Made by a program: the position numbers and the translations under genes
DNA from: Candidatus Nanoarchaeia archaeon
Lineage (GTDB): Archaea > Nanobdellota > Nanobdellia > Woesearchaeales > UBA525
Length of the DNA stretch: 64,000 nucleotides
Assembly: GCA_028279755.1 (NCBI GenBank)
Contig: JANQNB010000011.1
Coordinates: forward strand, 4,501-68,500
Reading direction: 5' to 3'
In this document: positions 8,896 to 18,116 of the stretch, in pieces
How positions within the stretch are numbered: position 1 is the first letter of the stretch
Layout of the letters: each line of letters begins with the position of its first letter
Notes under the pieces: model-generated
What the model was told of the DNA's origin: nothing
The model's database searches: none
Seen by the model: the letters and a program-made list of their open reading frames with translations, nothing else

Positions 8896-10524
8896 ATGAA
8901 AATGACACTCAACACGCTGAACGACAAGGATCCCTGGGTTTTGGGTGAAGACATTCCTGATTGCGATCTGTTCTTCAACCAGATCTGGGCAAGCTGCTTC
9001 ACCAACGAATTTGCAGAGCCTGCTGGACGAGCGTATGCAAAGGTCATGACTGTCTTCAGGGATGGTTACCACCTCTGGTTCTACTTCGGCGAAAAAGACA
9101 GCAACGAAGTGGCTGAGACCATCCTCAAGAAATTCCTTGAAACACCAGACTTCACCACAGAACTCAATAAGCAAATAGTGGTAGAGGCGGACAAGCTCAG
9201 GAAGTGTGCAGAGGCACTCCCTGAGGAACGGCTTGAGGCCCTCAGTGACGAGGCGCTTGCCGACTTCCACGAAAATCATGATAAGGTACACACTGAGTAC
9301 TATCGCTTCTGTTGGGTGCCTGTGGCTGTTGACATGTTCCACAACAACTTTACGAATGCGATGAAGAATTATCTGGAGCAGAAAGGTTCTGGTGAGAAAC
9401 TCAACGAGCACTTCACTATCCTGACGCAGCCAACCCAGAAGAGCCTGATCCAGCAGGAACAAGAGGATTTCTTGGAAATAGCTGTCATGATCCAAGCCGA
9501 TTCGGAGCAACGGCAGTTGTTCAAAGAACTCTTCAAGCTATTCGAAGATCAAGAAGCAGGACCCTACGGTCTCCAGACGCATACTCCGGAATACGAGGAA
9601 TTGCTTGAGAAAAAGATGGATACTATCCGTCAAAAGATCTCCACAACCATCTTGAAAGCGGTTGAGAAGCATTATCAGAAATATTTCTATGTCAAATATA
9701 TGTATGTGGGGAAGGAGGGAGTTCACAGCTTTAACCACTACCTGAAAGAGCTCACCAAGTTCATCGGTAGAAACAGCGATGCCAAGGAGCTCCTCAATGA
9801 GAAACACAGCGAGATGGCGAAGAACATGCAGCTCCGCGACGAACTATTCAAAGAGCTTGACGTTGATGATGAGCATAAGACTCTGTTCGACGCTTTCGGC
9901 GACTTCATGGTCACCAAGATCTATCGACGGTACGCCCAGATCTATGCTTTGTACCGGATGAAACCGGTTCTTGCTGAAATAGCCAGACGCCTGGGCATCT
10001 CCGAGGAAGCAGCTCATTTCCTCCTGCCGAGCGAGGTTCGTCCAGCGCTGATCGAAAAGAAGTACAGCAAGGAAGAGCTGGAGCAACGAACCAAGTTCTG
10101 CGTCCACTACACTGAGAAAGACAACGAAGAGGTCTTCATCGGCGCAGAAGCTGAAAAACTTGCCAAGCTCACTGAACGAGAGATCGATCAGGACGTGAGT
10201 GAGCTGAGCGGCCAGACCGGCTGCATCGGCGCCGCAACAGGCGTTGTGAAGAAGATCTTCCGGCCAAGCGACATGTCTAAGATGAATGAAGGCGACATTC
10301 TCGTCTCGATCGCGACAGATCCGGACATCGTGCCGGCGATGAAGAAAGCGGCAGCGATCGTCACCGACCAGGGTGGCGTGACATCGCACGCTGCGATCGT
10401 CTCTCGTGAGCTCGGCATCCCGTGCGTGATCGGTACGAAGATCGCAAGCCAGGTGCTGAACGACGGCGATGTCGTCGAAGTTGATGCACACAAAGGTATT
10501 GTGAAAATTCTTGAGAAGGGCTAG
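8896..10524 (+). CDS. PEP-utilizer phosphohistidine (swivel) domain protein with an uncharacterized ~430-aa helical N-terminal domain
   Basis: C-terminal GGVTSHAAIVSRELGIPCVIG is the PEP-utilizing-enzyme mobile-domain signature. No ATP-grasp GGK motif and no PEP-binding TIM barrel. Paralog of 33972..35540. Begins 30 bp after rtcA. Confidence 0.7.
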   Translation: MKMTLNTLNDKDPWVLGEDIPDCDLFFNQIWASCFTNEFAEPAGRAYAKVMTVFRDGYHLWFYFGEKDSNEVAETILKKFLETPDFTTELNKQIVVEADKLRKCAEALPEERLEALSDEALADFHENHDKVHTEYYRFCWVPVAVDMFHNNFTNAMKNYLEQKGSGEKLNEHFTILTQPTQKSLIQQEQEDFLEIAVMIQADSEQRQLFKELFKLFEDQEAGPYGLQTHTPEYEELLEKKMDTIRQKISTTILKAVEKHYQKYFYVKYMYVGKEGVHSFNHYLKELTKFIGRNSDAKELLNEKHSEMAKNMQLRDELFKELDVDDEHKTLFDAFGDFMVTKIYRRYAQIYALYRMKPVLAEIARRLGISEEAAHFLLPSEVRPALIEKKYSKEELEQRTKFCVHYTEKDNEEVFIGAEAEKLAKLTEREIDQDVSELSGQTGCIGAATGVVKKIFRPSDMSKMNEGDILVSIATDPDIVPAMKKAAAIVTDQGGVTSHAAIVSRELGIPCVIGTKIASQVLNDGDVVEVDAHKGIVKILEKG

Positions 10525-10599
10525 TTCTTCGTAGAAAAGAACTCACTATTCAGTGATTATATTGAAAATTGTTATAAATATTGCTCGACTCTCATCTTT

Positions 10600-11112
10600 G
10601 TGAGAATCAAGGCTATTTTGGATCATCACCGCAGCAAGTTTCCACAAGACTGGCACCCTTCTTTGGATATATTCGCAATTTTGTATTCTGGCCGAGAGTT
10701 CGCTGATGAAATTGCCGATGAACTACGCCCCTTCACCGAAGGTGAAGTGCGTCGACTTGATCTCTTTCCTTCCCAGTCCCATTCTGATAAACAGCCCATG
10801 TATCTTGCAGATTCAATTCGAGAAGGAAGAATTCCTGCCGAAACAAGCTCGGAAGAGTTTGCGGCACAACGAGATCTCCGGGTAATGGGTGTCCCGAACC
10901 CTGAGAACATCGCAGTGTTAGCTGATAACTACATCTACGATGGCATAACAATGACTGTTTGCTTACGAGACATCTTCGCTTTTGGCTATCAGTTCGTCTA
11001 TTATTGCATCGAAAGCGCGTTTGATCCCTTTCGCGCAGGAATATATTACGTCGACACATTAGAACGTGTTAACAGGAACACATCGCGTCGATCGGACGAG
11101 AGAATCTCATGA
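10600..11112 (+). CDS. Hypothetical protein
   Basis: 170-aa ORF. TATA-like GTTATAAATA lies 20 bp upstream, consistent with a leaderless start. Confidence 0.5.
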   Translation: MRIKAILDHHRSKFPQDWHPSLDIFAILYSGREFADEIADELRPFTEGEVRRLDLFPSQSHSDKQPMYLADSIREGRIPAETSSEEFAAQRDLRVMGVPNPENIAVLADNYIYDGITMTVCLRDIFAFGYQFVYYCIESAFDPFRAGIYYVDTLERVNRNTSRRSDERIS

Positions 11113-11125
11113 TGTGAAAGGAGCG

Positions 11126-13489
11126 CTATTTCAGGCTCGCCAGCTGGATGTCGTCATACAGCTCGCGAATGGTCGTGTACAGGACCTGCTTCTCGTGCGG
11201 CGTCAGGTCTTCCTTGTTGAAGCTCTCACGGATCTTATTGTACAACTCCCGGGCACGGTGCAGATTATCGGTCGCGAGATCCTGTCGTGCCTGGTCCAGC
11301 CAGGTGTAGATTTTCAGGTTCCGCACGCTATCAGGCTCTGGGGCCTCGCCGACCGTGTCAAGCTTGTCCTTGAGATAGCTGTGCATGCCTTCCTTCTCCA
11401 GCTTCTTCTCATGATCTTTGATGCTGTCCTCAGCCTCTTCGATGTACTTGGCGATCTTGCGACGCTCCTTCAGCTTCTCCTCAACCCTGGCCTCGGCGAC
11501 CTCCGCCTTCTTGATGCGTTCCTTGGCTTTCCGTTGCTCAGACTTGACGCTAGCCAGTTGCTTCTTCTCATGCGCTAGGAAGTCTTTTTTCTTCTTCTCG
11601 AAGTCTGACTTGTGCTGTTTGAACTCGGCTTGCTGCTTCTTGAGCACGCTCTCCTGCTTGGTCATGTCCTGTTCGCGCTTGTTCAGCTTGTCGCGAAGGG
11701 CGTTGACTTCTTTCTCCTTCTTCGAGACGCTCGCGCTCTTCCCGTTGAACGCTTTCTTCTCCTGCGCGAACGCGTCCCGCTCCTGATGGAACGTGGCGAT
11801 CTTCTCGTCGACAGTCTTGGCTTCTTCGAGCATGCCTTGCGCCTCATCACGCTCCTTCTCGAACCGTGCCTTTTCCTCGTTGATCGTGTTCTCCAGATTC
11901 TTGAGCGACTCCTGTTTCGCATTCCATTTCTCTTCCTGCTCAGCAACAGCGCTCTCGCGTTCCTCATACTTCTTCTTGAACGCCTCTTCCATGACCTGCA
12001 GGCGCTTGTCGTACTCTGACTTGTTCTCTTCTGCCTCACCCTGCAATTGCTCGAGCCGGTCACGCTCTGGCTGCAAGCGCTTCTCCAGTTCGGCAGCGAG
12101 TTGCTCTTCCACTTCCGCAGTGATGAGCTTCTTCTTGTCAGCGAGCTGCGCGGATTTCGCCTCAAGCTCTTCTTTCAATCCTGCGAGTTGCTGCTCGAGC
12201 TCTGCGGCGCGCCCGATCTTCTCGCCGCGTTTCTTCACGAGCTCGTCGAGCTTGCTCTCCTCTGTGCGGAACAAGTCCTCGATGTGGTGCTCGTGCTCTT
12301 CGAGAATCTGCAGGAGCTCTTCCCTGGCTTGCCCGTTCCGGGCCTGCTCAGCCAGCTTCTCCTCGTCGAGGACGTGCTGCAGCCATCCGGCAAAATCGTT
12401 CTTGTCTTCAGAAACGTGATACGCGAAGGTCTCATCATCGATGACCTTGAGCGCTTCCATGAGATCGCGAAGGTTCTTCAAATGGGTTCCGTTCTTCAGA
12501 ACGAACTCCTGGTGTTCTGGCACGCTGGCTTCGAGCGGATGTTCTGGGCTCGGAATCGCTTCTGGCTCGACAAGCTGGTGGAGCTCTTCGTCAAGCTTGC
12601 GATGCTCGTCCTCGAGCTCCTGGAAATGCTCCTGCGCGACCGAGCTGAACTCGACCTCGCCTTCCGGCTCTTCGGATGGCGGAGCAGGCCCTTCCTCTGC
12701 TTCTTCCGGCGGCGCTATCGGCGGCGCCATCGGTTCGTCATCGACCGACTCTTCCACTGGAGCTTTCGGCTCTGCTGGCGCTTCCGGGTGCTCGGTCCAT
12801 TCGCTTTCTCCCTCAGCGCTCGCTTGCTCTGGCGGCGCGTCCCACTCTGCAGGCTCGTGCGTCGCTGGCGCTTCAGTGGCCTCGACAGTTTCTGGCAGCT
12901 CGTGGCTTGTCGCGCTTGCCCAATGGCTGTCTGCTGGTGGTGCAGCTTCTTCTGCAACAGGTTCCTGCGGTTCGTTTGGTTCTTCCTGCGGTGCGCCCCA
13001 GTCCTGAATCTCGGGCTGCTCGCCTTCGATTGCTGGTGGAGCGTCAAAGTCTTCAGGCAAAGATTCTTCCATGATCGCGTTGGGTGGCGCTTCGATCGAG
13101 ATCGGCTCGTGTACCTCTGTCTCTTCTGGTGCCGGTACGTCGACGCGTTGCTCTGGTGCTTCCGCTGGCATTTCAGGCTCGGCTGGCGTTTCTTGTACCG
13201 TTTCTGCGGGTGGCATTTCGCTTGTGGCCTGTGGTGGTGCTTCGATAGGTGCTTGTTCTGCTGGCTGCTCGTCAATCCCGACCTTGCGGCGGATGTCATC
13301 GATATCGAAGGCCTGTTCTTCGAGCGGCGGCGAATCAAAGCTTGAGAGTTGTTGCTCAGGAGGTGGTGGTACATCAGCTTCCGGCTCTGCCTTGCGTTTG
13401 AACATCTTGGAGAAGAATCCCCGTTGCTCCTCAGCAGCGCCTGGAGCGCCTGGTGGAGCTATATCAAGAGCAGCCATTGAAACATACAC
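11126..13489 (-). CDS. Large acidic Pro/Glu-rich plus coiled-coil protein
   Basis: 787 aa. The N-terminal ~330 aa are P/E/A-rich and disordered. The centre carries a FAYHVSEDKNDFAGWLQHV block. This is followed by ~350 aa of K/E-rich coiled coil and a helical C-terminal domain. No Walker motifs. Confidence 0.6.
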   Translation of the reverse strand: MYVSMAALDIAPPGAPGAAEEQRGFFSKMFKRKAEPEADVPPPPEQQLSSFDSPPLEEQAFDIDDIRRKVGIDEQPAEQAPIEAPPQATSEMPPAETVQETPAEPEMPAEAPEQRVDVPAPEETEVHEPISIEAPPNAIMEESLPEDFDAPPAIEGEQPEIQDWGAPQEEPNEPQEPVAEEAAPPADSHWASATSHELPETVEATEAPATHEPAEWDAPPEQASAEGESEWTEHPEAPAEPKAPVEESVDDEPMAPPIAPPEEAEEGPAPPSEEPEGEVEFSSVAQEHFQELEDEHRKLDEELHQLVEPEAIPSPEHPLEASVPEHQEFVLKNGTHLKNLRDLMEALKVIDDETFAYHVSEDKNDFAGWLQHVLDEEKLAEQARNGQAREELLQILEEHEHHIEDLFRTEESKLDELVKKRGEKIGRAAELEQQLAGLKEELEAKSAQLADKKKLITAEVEEQLAAELEKRLQPERDRLEQLQGEAEENKSEYDKRLQVMEEAFKKKYEERESAVAEQEEKWNAKQESLKNLENTINEEKARFEKERDEAQGMLEEAKTVDEKIATFHQERDAFAQEKKAFNGKSASVSKKEKEVNALRDKLNKREQDMTKQESVLKKQQAEFKQHKSDFEKKKKDFLAHEKKQLASVKSEQRKAKERIKKAEVAEARVEEKLKERRKIAKYIEEAEDSIKDHEKKLEKEGMHSYLKDKLDTVGEAPEPDSVRNLKIYTWLDQARQDLATDNLHRARELYNKIRESFNKEDLTPHEKQVLYTTIRELYDDIQLASLK

Positions 13490-13617
13490 CCCCTTTGGCC
13501 AGTGGGTACACCGGGACGCTATTTAAACATTTTGTGATCACTCAAGAAGAGGGAAACGAATTATTTCTGTCGGGGGCCAGCGAAAGCGTTATAAGGAGAG
13601 TTGTGTCGACCCTCTGC

Positions 13618-13968
13618 ATGGATGAATCCATGGATTTCGCACCGTACATCGCATCTCTCCAGGACCGTATCAAGCGCCTCGAAGAGGATTTCGCGCGCAT
13701 GATTACAGAAGAGCACGAGCGTGAAGAGCGCATGGAAGAGAAGCACGCCTTATTGCGCCGCGAACGCGAACGTTTCCACGAAGAGATCCGCACAACTGAG
13801 AAACAGCTCATGGCGCTCATGAAAGAGACAGAGCAGCTTGTGCACGCCTTCAAGACCGCGACGCGACAGAAAGAATTCTCCCGGCTCAAGCAGCGCGTCG
13901 AAGCCTGGAAAGGAGAACGCTTCCTCACCAGGCACGAGCTCAAGCGCATGATCGGGGACGCGCCGTGA
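13618..13968 (+). CDS. Small coiled-coil protein, divergent from the 787-aa gene
   Basis: 116 aa from MDESMDFAPY. Charged heptad-like sequence. TATA GTTATAAGG lies 22 bp upstream. Confidence 0.45.
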   Translation: MDESMDFAPYIASLQDRIKRLEEDFARMITEEHEREERMEEKHALLRRERERFHEEIRTTEKQLMALMKETEQLVHAFKTATRQKEFSRLKQRVEAWKGERFLTRHELKRMIGDAP

Positions 13969-14022
13969 GTGGACATGTATTAAGACATAAGTTTTTTAAC
14001 TCGTTCTCGAAGCCCGCATCGC

Positions 14023-15237
14023 ATGCTGTCACCAGAGGCGAAAGCGGATCTTGAACGCCAGCAATACCGCGTTGTCGGCGAGCATTCAGCGGTCAAGACC
14101 TGCGGATGGACAAAGAACATGCTGCGCGGCAGGGGTGGCTGCTACAAACTCAAGTTCTACGGCATCATGAGCCATCAATGCCTACAGATGACCACCTCAA
14201 TCAGTTGTGCAAATCGCTGCATGTTCTGCTGGCGCGGCTACAAGGCGCCGGTGGCGAAAGAATGGAAATGGGGTGTGGACGATCCGCAGCTGATCCTCGA
14301 CGGCAGCGTTGAAGCGCATCACAAGCTATTGACTGGCTTCGGCGGCCATGACGAAGTGCTCAAGCAGGTCTACGAACAGAGCAAAGAAGTGAAGCACGTC
14401 GCACTCTCACTCACCGGGGAACCAATCATTTACCCAAAAATAAATGAGCTGATTACATTGTTTGATGGGGAAGGGATAAGTACTTTCATGGTGACGAACG
14501 CGCAATATCCGGACGCGATCAAGAATCTCGCGCCAGTCACGCAATTGTACATTTCCTTGGATGCGCCGAACAAGGCTCTGCTGAAGAAAGTGGATGTCCC
14601 CTTGTTCGATGATTATTGGGAGCGATTGAATCAAAGTCTTAAGGAGTTGGCCAAGAAAAAGCAACGGACCTGCATCCGGATCACTGCAATTAAGGGTCTG
14701 AACATGATTGAGCCAGAGAACTATGCTGCGCTGATCGTGAAAGGCGTGCCTGACTTCATCGAGATCAAAAGCTACATGCATGTCGGCGCGTCGCGGAAGT
14801 TCCTGGGCCAGGAGAACATGCCTTTGCACGAAGAGATCGTCGCGTTCACGAAAGAGATTCTCGAGCATTTGCCTGGCTATGAGATTGTCAGTGAGCACAT
14901 TCCAAGCCGTGTTGTTATGGTGGCAAGGAAAAAGTTCAAGAAAAAAGAGAAGAATGGCGATGAATCCTGGCACACGTGGATCGATTTCGACAAATACAAG
15001 GACTTGGCGTTGTCAGGGAAGGATTTTGCGGTTGACGATTACCTGAAAGAAACCCCGCGCGCATCGGTCGGCCTGAGCGGGAAGGGGACGCCGAGCAAGG
15101 AGGAGAGCATTGCCCAACGCAAGCAGCAGAAAGCACGCCAGCTCGCTCTTACGCAACAGGAGCAGGACGCGACTGTGGATGAGACGACGCAGGAACTCGA
15201 ATTCTACGACACAGAGCTTGATGATGAAGGCTGCTGA
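14023..15237 (+). CDS. taw1: tRNA 4-demethylwyosine synthase (radical SAM)
   Basis: CANRCMFCWRGYK radical-SAM cysteine motif and TYW1 family architecture. Acidic C-terminal tail. Confidence 0.85.
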   Translation: MLSPEAKADLERQQYRVVGEHSAVKTCGWTKNMLRGRGGCYKLKFYGIMSHQCLQMTTSISCANRCMFCWRGYKAPVAKEWKWGVDDPQLILDGSVEAHHKLLTGFGGHDEVLKQVYEQSKEVKHVALSLTGEPIIYPKINELITLFDGEGISTFMVTNAQYPDAIKNLAPVTQLYISLDAPNKALLKKVDVPLFDDYWERLNQSLKELAKKKQRTCIRITAIKGLNMIEPENYAALIVKGVPDFIEIKSYMHVGASRKFLGQENMPLHEEIVAFTKEILEHLPGYEIVSEHIPSRVVMVARKKFKKKEKNGDESWHTWIDFDKYKDLALSGKDFAVDDYLKETPRASVGLSGKGTPSKEESIAQRKQQKARQLALTQQEQDATVDETTQELEFYDTELDDEGC

Positions 15238-15368
15238 GCCTTCAGACAGCCAAAAGAACCAAAATAGTTATTAATAAGTAGTAACATTCCAAGATCCATG
15301 GAGAGAGAAGAACTGCTGAACTGGCTTGCGTCGCGCGGCGTGCCGAATCCCGCGCTGCAGCTCTCACG

Positions 15369-16289
15369 ATGTGTCGAAGATCTGGAAGCAACCTCGCCAG
15401 AGAGTACCACGACGCACCACGAGGGAGACTGAGCAGTACCCAATTCTGGAAACATCTGCTTCCGCTTGCGTTGGAATTCGAAACCGCAACAATTGAACAG
15501 TGCGCGCGTGAATACCTCACACATAGCTCCATGGACCTGAGCGTGAATATCATGGCTGCCTTGCAGTTCTTACCGCTCTGGAACGGAACCAAGGCGGATG
15601 TCGACCAGCTACTGAGGAAGACGGCAGGAGATGGCGTCGCTCTCACCGTGGCATTGACTGCAGACCAGCTTCCCCCGCTTGAGGCCAAGCTCGAGAAAAA
15701 ACTGCGAAAGCAGTTCTCGCTTCCGATGTTGGCGAGCCTGGGCCCGAAGGATAAGCCGCCTGCTGGACCCACATATGTCACTGATCGCGTCACGAGCTGG
15801 CGACTCCAATACTTGTTCAAGAAAACCTGCCCGAGCACAGAAAAGTACTTCCGCCAAGCCCTGGATCCCAAGAGCCAGGAGATGGCTTCAGCACTCGTAC
15901 GGATCGATGGTGTCGTTGTCGGCGTCATCAAGAACTTCCAGCACAACCTGTTCCTCGGACTGCAGAACGTGAGGGATTCGGATGGCCGCTATCCGATCGT
16001 GCGCGGCGGCGTGTACATGGTGCCCGGGGATGGAAGAGATGAGATGTTCAAGCAAGTTTCTCATGTCCGACCGCATGTCATTATCGATATACCTCAGCTC
16101 TGGTTGTATCCTCAGCGACGCATACGCCATGGCATCAGGAGCCGGTTCTATTCCCGAAGGAAATTCCACGAGCTCGCGACCGCGCTTGTCGCTGAACACA
16201 GCAATCCAGCATACAGAGAAGGAGAGGGTGAGAATATGGTCTTCAGATCGTCGCACTCCCAGGACGCTTCTCCTTCGCCTCAGTCTTAA
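15369..16289 (+). CDS. Hypothetical protein; possibly the 3' part of a frameshifted gene starting at 15298
   Basis: GC3-rich frame. A 44-codon ORF (ATG 15298, MEREELLNWLASRGVPNPALQ...) with a good AT-rich promoter 15262-15290 ends at 15432 in the -1 frame relative to this ORF. Confidence 0.45.
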   Translation: MCRRSGSNLAREYHDAPRGRLSSTQFWKHLLPLALEFETATIEQCAREYLTHSSMDLSVNIMAALQFLPLWNGTKADVDQLLRKTAGDGVALTVALTADQLPPLEAKLEKKLRKQFSLPMLASLGPKDKPPAGPTYVTDRVTSWRLQYLFKKTCPSTEKYFRQALDPKSQEMASALVRIDGVVVGVIKNFQHNLFLGLQNVRDSDGRYPIVRGGVYMVPGDGRDEMFKQVSHVRPHVIIDIPQLWLYPQRRIRHGIRSRFYSRRKFHELATALVAEHSNPAYREGEGENMVFRSSHSQDASPSPQS

Positions 16290-17256
16290 GAACTTTCTCG
16301 AGCGCGGCGATGCCGACTTCCAGTTGCTTCAGATCCGGCTCTCTTGTGGTCAGGGCTTGCACTGCCATGCCTGGCGCGCTGATGAAGCGCACGAAACGGC
16401 TCTTGCTGTAGCACCTGCCAGCGATGCGGATCCATTCGTACACGATGCCAGCGATGACTGGCAGGAGCAGGATGCGCAGGAGGTACTTCATCCAGAAACC
16501 ACTCCCGAACGGGATGAGCAGGTAGAGGAAGATCGAGAGAACAAAGACGTACACGACGAAAGTGGTGCCGCAGCGTGCTTGCTTCTTGGTGAACTTCTTC
16601 GCGTTCCTCGGCGTCAGCTTCTTTCCTGCCTCATAGCAATTGACTGCTTTATGCTCAGCGCCGTGATACTGGAACAGGCGCTTCACATCCTTCATGAAGG
16701 AGATCAGCACGATGTACAGGATGAAGATAGCGAACTTGATCACACCGTCGAGGATGTTCAGCATCCAATTGCCGCCCGCAGCCTTGTTCGTGATGACAGT
16801 CGCCAAAAACAAGGGCAGGAGCTTGAACAGCGCGAGCGCGAGCACGATGCTGAAGATCAGCGTCAATGCGATCTCCCAGCCGGTGAGCTTCTCCTCCTCT
16901 TCGCCCAAGGCTTCGTTCGCACTCCAATTGAGTTCGCGCAAACCGATGATCATGGTCTCGAACAGGACGATCACGCCGCGGACAAAGGGCACTTTGTCCA
17001 GCTTGGTGCGCTCTGCAAAGCTGCGCTCCTTGCGATGCCGGATCGAGATCTTGCCGTTCGCCTTCCTGACAGCAGTGGCGAGATGATGCTTGCTCTTCAT
17101 CATGACCCCTTCCATGACTGCCTGGCCGCCGATCAGGAGCGGTGCCTGCTTCGCGCCGGCAATGAAGGCTGAGAAACGACGTGCGATTCGCATCACGCCT
17201 GTGAAAGGGGTCATCTTTATAAAAATACCCTTGATTGCAAACACCATGACAGCACG
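16243..17256 (-). CDS. DUF1385 (YqhQ-like) membrane metal-dependent protein
   Basis: GGQAVMEGVMM and YHGAEHKAVNCYE motifs, plus several TM helices. The start is uncertain: Met at 17388, 17256 or 17214. Confidence 0.65.
   Translation of the reverse strand, partial: RAVMVFAIKGIFIKMTPFTGVMRIARRFSAFIAGAKQAPLLIGGQAVMEGVMMKSKHHLATAVRKANGKISIRHRKERSFAERTKLDKVPFVRGVIVLFETMIIGLRELNWSANEALGEEEEKLTGWEIALTLIFSIVLALALFKLLPLFLATVITNKAAGGNWMLNILDGVIKFAIFILYIVLISFMKDVKRLFQYHGAEHKAVNCYEAGKKLTPRNAKKFTKKQARCGTTFVVYVFVLSIFLYLLIPFGSGFWMKYLLRILLLPVIAGIVYEWIRIAGRCYSKSRFVRFISAPGMAVQALTTREPDLKQLEVGIAALEKVLKTEAKEKRPGSATI
17216..17227. promoter_or_regulatory. TATA box (TTTATAAAAATA)
   Basis: 22 bp upstream of plus ATG 17246, so leaderless. 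It lies inside the 5' region of the minus-strand DUF1385 ORF. Confidence 0.5.
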
Positions 17257-17551
17257 CATCGACACTGTTGACGATTCCAAGCTCGATAAGTATTTTACGA
17301 TCAGCGAGGAAGCGTTCGCAAAAGCCAAAGCTGCGATCGATGACTCGACACCAGAACGGAAAGCGCAGGCCCTGGACTTCCTCAACATGGCGCAGTGCTA
17401 TATCGAGGATGCGAAGCACTTCAGGGAAGAAGGGCAGTATCTCAACGCGTACGGCGCCCTGAACTACGCGCACGGCTGGCTCGACGCTGGCGCGCGCCTG
17501 CAGCTCTTCAAGGTGAAAGATTCCCGCTTGTTCACTGTCGACGACGAATGA
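17246..17551 (+). CDS. Small conserved archaeal protein (DUF357-like)
   Basis: 101 aa, MTARIDTVDD...NAYGALNYAHGWLDAGARL. The leaderless start fits the TATA. Confidence 0.5.
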   Translation: MTARIDTVDDSKLDKYFTISEEAFAKAKAAIDDSTPERKAQALDFLNMAQCYIEDAKHFREEGQYLNAYGALNYAHGWLDAGARLQLFKVKDSRLFTVDDE

Positions 17552-17595
17552 ATATATAACAGAAAAAAGATTCATAAAAAACGTTTTGGCATGCG

Positions 17596-17997
17596 TTACT
17601 TCTTTTCCAACGCGCACTTCCCTGGGCCAGTCCATGCAAGCCAGAGGTTGCCGGCCACGATCAAGAGGTCGCGCTCAAGCCCAGCAGGCAAGAGCTTGCC
17701 AGCTTTGACAGCACCTGGAATCTGGACACCGAGTATCGCGACCACGATGATCAGCGCGAGACCGTAGTTCGCCCACTTGTGCCAGAACCCGATCAGGATC
17801 AGGACCGCGCCGACGACTTCTGCGATGCCCACGATCGGGCCGAGAAAGCCGGGAAAGCCCATGCTCACGAACTTGTCGAACGCCATCCCCCACTGGAATG
17901 CCTTGGGTATGCCGTGGTAGAGGAAGATCGCTGCGATAACGATGCGCATCACCAGCGGTCCCCAATCCGCACAACTGCATTTCTTCATAATCATCAC
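17596..17997 (-). CDS. DoxX-family membrane protein
   Basis: 133 aa with 4 predicted TM helices, DoxX-like (IAAIFLYHGIPK...). Confidence 0.65.
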   Translation of the reverse strand: MMIMKKCSCADWGPLVMRIVIAAIFLYHGIPKAFQWGMAFDKFVSMGFPGFLGPIVGIAEVVGAVLILIGFWHKWANYGLALIIVVAILGVQIPGAVKAGKLLPAGLERDLLIVAGNLWLAWTGPGKCALEKK

Positions 17998-18116
17998 CCC
18001 GTGTTAGGCGAATACACGCGCAGCTCAATTTAAACATGCTGTTTGAACTCAAAAGAACATGTTGTGTTCACGGCTGGGAAAACATTTATAAGAAACTTGA
18101 CCACTCACAAGTAGTC

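Noticed and set aside
8896-10524. Calling the swivel-domain proteins PEP synthase, PPDK or Enzyme I.
   Set aside because: Only the ~100-aa phosphohistidine domain is recognisable. There is no ATP-grasp nucleotide loop and no C-terminal PEP-binding barrel. The domain order (His domain last) fits none of these enzymes.
11126-13489. SMC/Rad50-like interpretation of the 787-aa coiled-coil protein.
   Set aside because: No Walker A/B, signature motif or hinge. The N-terminus is a disordered P/E-rich region, not an ATPase head.
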